Positions 30,651 through 32,000 of a DNA stretch of 32,000 nucleotides are shown one piece after another. The translations under genes and the position numbers were made by a program. Each line of letters begins with the position of its first letter. Positions within the stretch are counted from its first letter, which is position 1. The DNA comes from Opitutales bacterium (lineage in GTDB: Bacteria > Verrucomicrobiota > Verrucomicrobiia > Opitutales > PNEW01), in NCBI GenBank assembly GCA_965219535.1, contig CBDCNV010000002.1:660001-692000 (forward strand), written 5' to 3'. The notes below the pieces were generated by a model. The model had not been told where the DNA came from. It did not search any database and saw only the letters and a list, made by a program, of their open reading frames with translations.

Positions 30651-32000
30651 TCATTCAATCGTCAACTCTTCAATGGCAACAGTGATTTCATCCCCGTCTT
30701 CATTGGCAAAGGTGGCAACGATGCTCAGTGTCGGCTGAGGCGTTTCGTCAGACTTGAAGTTGTTCTGTGTAATCAGGGTTTCAAACCCAGTCGTTCTCGA
30801 ACCACTCTCCGCGACGACGATCGAAGCGCCGTTCGTCTGCAAGAGGTCGCCTCCAGTGATCCGCAACCCAGGGTTGCCGGCGGCTACAGTGAAGGAACCT
30901 TCTCCGAATAATAGGTGCGGCACCGCATCGCCATCGGCATCGATGTCGCCTACTGTTAAGCGTACCGCGATCGGCACGCCGCGCGCGTCCACACCCACTC
31001 TTCCGGTGCTTCCGCTGAAGACGGTGTTTGAAAGCTGTACCCCTCCCAGTCCCGTGGAGTTGACTACTTCCACGAGGGCCACGTCGGCCTGGGCGTCATA
31101 GACCTGTCCTTCGGGGAACAGCGCCTGGTTAAAGGCGTTGATCTTGCCCACTGTGAAGATGCTGAAGAAGGTATTGGCGTCCGCTCCATCGATGACCACG
31201 CTGGGCTTGCCCGTCACGTACTCAACCTGCTGGTTGTAGCGCGGGGGTATGGACGGGGGCAGGAAGGTGGCCGGATCCAGGGTTACAGTAAAGGTCCCGT
31301 TGCCTGAGAACTCTACCTGCACAATGTCTTCGGTTTCATCCATGAAGGAAACGCGGGTGATCTGTCCCGGTTTGGCCTGGAGTTGGACGGACTCTCCGGT
31401 GAGTAAAATCTGGTCGAAGATGTTACCGTTGGCATGCTGAATGTTTTCACCTGCGATATCGCCCGAGCCGTCGAGGACGAGGGGTACAGAGGGAGCTGCT
31501 ACGGTGATGACCGCGGTATCGCTGTCAGCGCTACCTCCGGCGTTAGTAATTTGTGCCCAGTAGTTCGTGCTCACAGTGAGAGCGCCGGTGGTTAAGGTGC
31601 CACTGGTGGCACCGGTTACGGGATTATTGGTGTCACCGCTGTTACCGGTATACCACTGGTAAGTAAGATCATCACCGCTCGCTGCTACGGTTAGAACGAC
31701 AGCGGTACCCGACTGTACTTCCTGGCTTGCCGGCTGCGTGGTGATGGATGGACCTGTTGCCGGGGGTGGTCCACCTCCACCATCGAACCCGGGTGCGCCA
31801 ATGGGGGTAAAGCCTAAGTCGTCGATGGCAACAGAGCTGAAAGTCGAATTTATGTTCGCATTATCGATTAAAAGAATCTTAGCAATGCCGCCCACCGCTC
31901 CCAATTCGCTGGCAACAAGTTTATACTGTGGAGCACCGGATGGCGGACGGATATTTGCCGGCAGTTCATTGTTTGTGAAAATTAAGTTATCTTCCGTGTC
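30651..32000 (-). CDS. secreted Ig-like-domain surface protein paralog (5' end beyond window)
   Basis: The reading frame stays open upstream of the track's TTG start at 31904 to the window edge (...DTEDNLIFTNNELPANIRPPSGAPQYKLVASE-LGAVGG...). The C-terminal ~390 aa are near-identical to 26859..29087 (IDDLGFTPIGAPG, PPPATGPSITTQPASQ..., ...EELTIE*). Confidence 0.75.
   Translation of the reverse strand, partial: DTEDNLIFTNNELPANIRPPSGAPQYKLVASELGAVGGIAKILLIDNANINSTFSSVAIDDLGFTPIGAPGFDGGGGPPPATGPSITTQPASQEVQSGTAVVLTVAASGDDLTYQWYTGNSGDTNNPVTGATSGTLTTGALTVSTNYWAQITNAGGSADSDTAVITVAAPSVPLVLDGSGDIAGENIQHANGNIFDQILLTGESVQLQAKPGQITRVSFMDETEDIVQVEFSGNGTFTVTLDPATFLPPSIPPRYNQQVEYVTGKPSVVIDGADANTFFSIFTVGKINAFNQALFPEGQVYDAQADVALVEVVNSTGLGGVQLSNTVFSGSTGRVGVDARGVPIAVRLTVGDIDADGDAVPHLLFGEGSFTVAAGNPGLRITGGDLLQTNGASIVVAESGSRTTGFETLITQNNFKSDETPQPTLSIVATFANEDGDEITVAIEELTIE

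Overview
The window has four parts. All calls come from reading the ORF track and the sequence by eye; no database search was run.

(1) nt 1-12507: tandem family of small (274-291 aa) cytoplasmic PhyH-like Fe(II)/2-oxoglutarate dioxygenase paralogs. Thirteen are head-to-tail on the + strand: a 3' fragment at nt 1-171, so the array continues upstream, plus 12 complete genes. Two more distant paralogs lie convergently on the - strand. Every copy keeps the W-H-x-D, distal W/F-H and R-R motifs. All + strand copies also share an unusual C-terminal W-L-x-N-P...RR-x-RWI-x-WL-x-x-WGF tail. Differences concentrate in two loops. Gene spacing is operon-like: a 4-nt overlap, 1-nt gaps and 20-nt spacers. 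This is the most unusual content of the window; I know of no described function for such an array.

(2) nt 12600-16213: ordinary-looking genes. They are a BadF/NagK-type sugar kinase, a SAM methyltransferase, a VOC/glyoxalase protein, an AlkD-like DNA alkylation repair protein, and a GNAT gene that loses its 3' end at an island junction.

(3) nt ~16160-23513: a ~7.3 kb integrative island abutting tRNA-Pro(CGG). It has two convergent tyrosine integrases, an excisionase-type HTH gene and a replication-initiator-like gene. It also carries an IS3-family element with in-frame stops and a second, degenerate IS3 remnant.

(4) nt 23665-32000: two apparently identical, inverted IS481-like copies sit in REP-like palindromic repeats. 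They bracket a ~4 kb module holding a secreted NHL beta-propeller protein and a secreted Ig-like surface protein. A convergent paralog of the surface protein lies just outside. Short tandem 7-mer and 8-mer repeats flank the NHL gene.

Start codons lack Shine-Dalgarno sequences and sit in A/T-rich leaders. Together with the Ig-like/NHL secreted proteins, this weakly suggests a PVC-group or Bacteroidota-like host.
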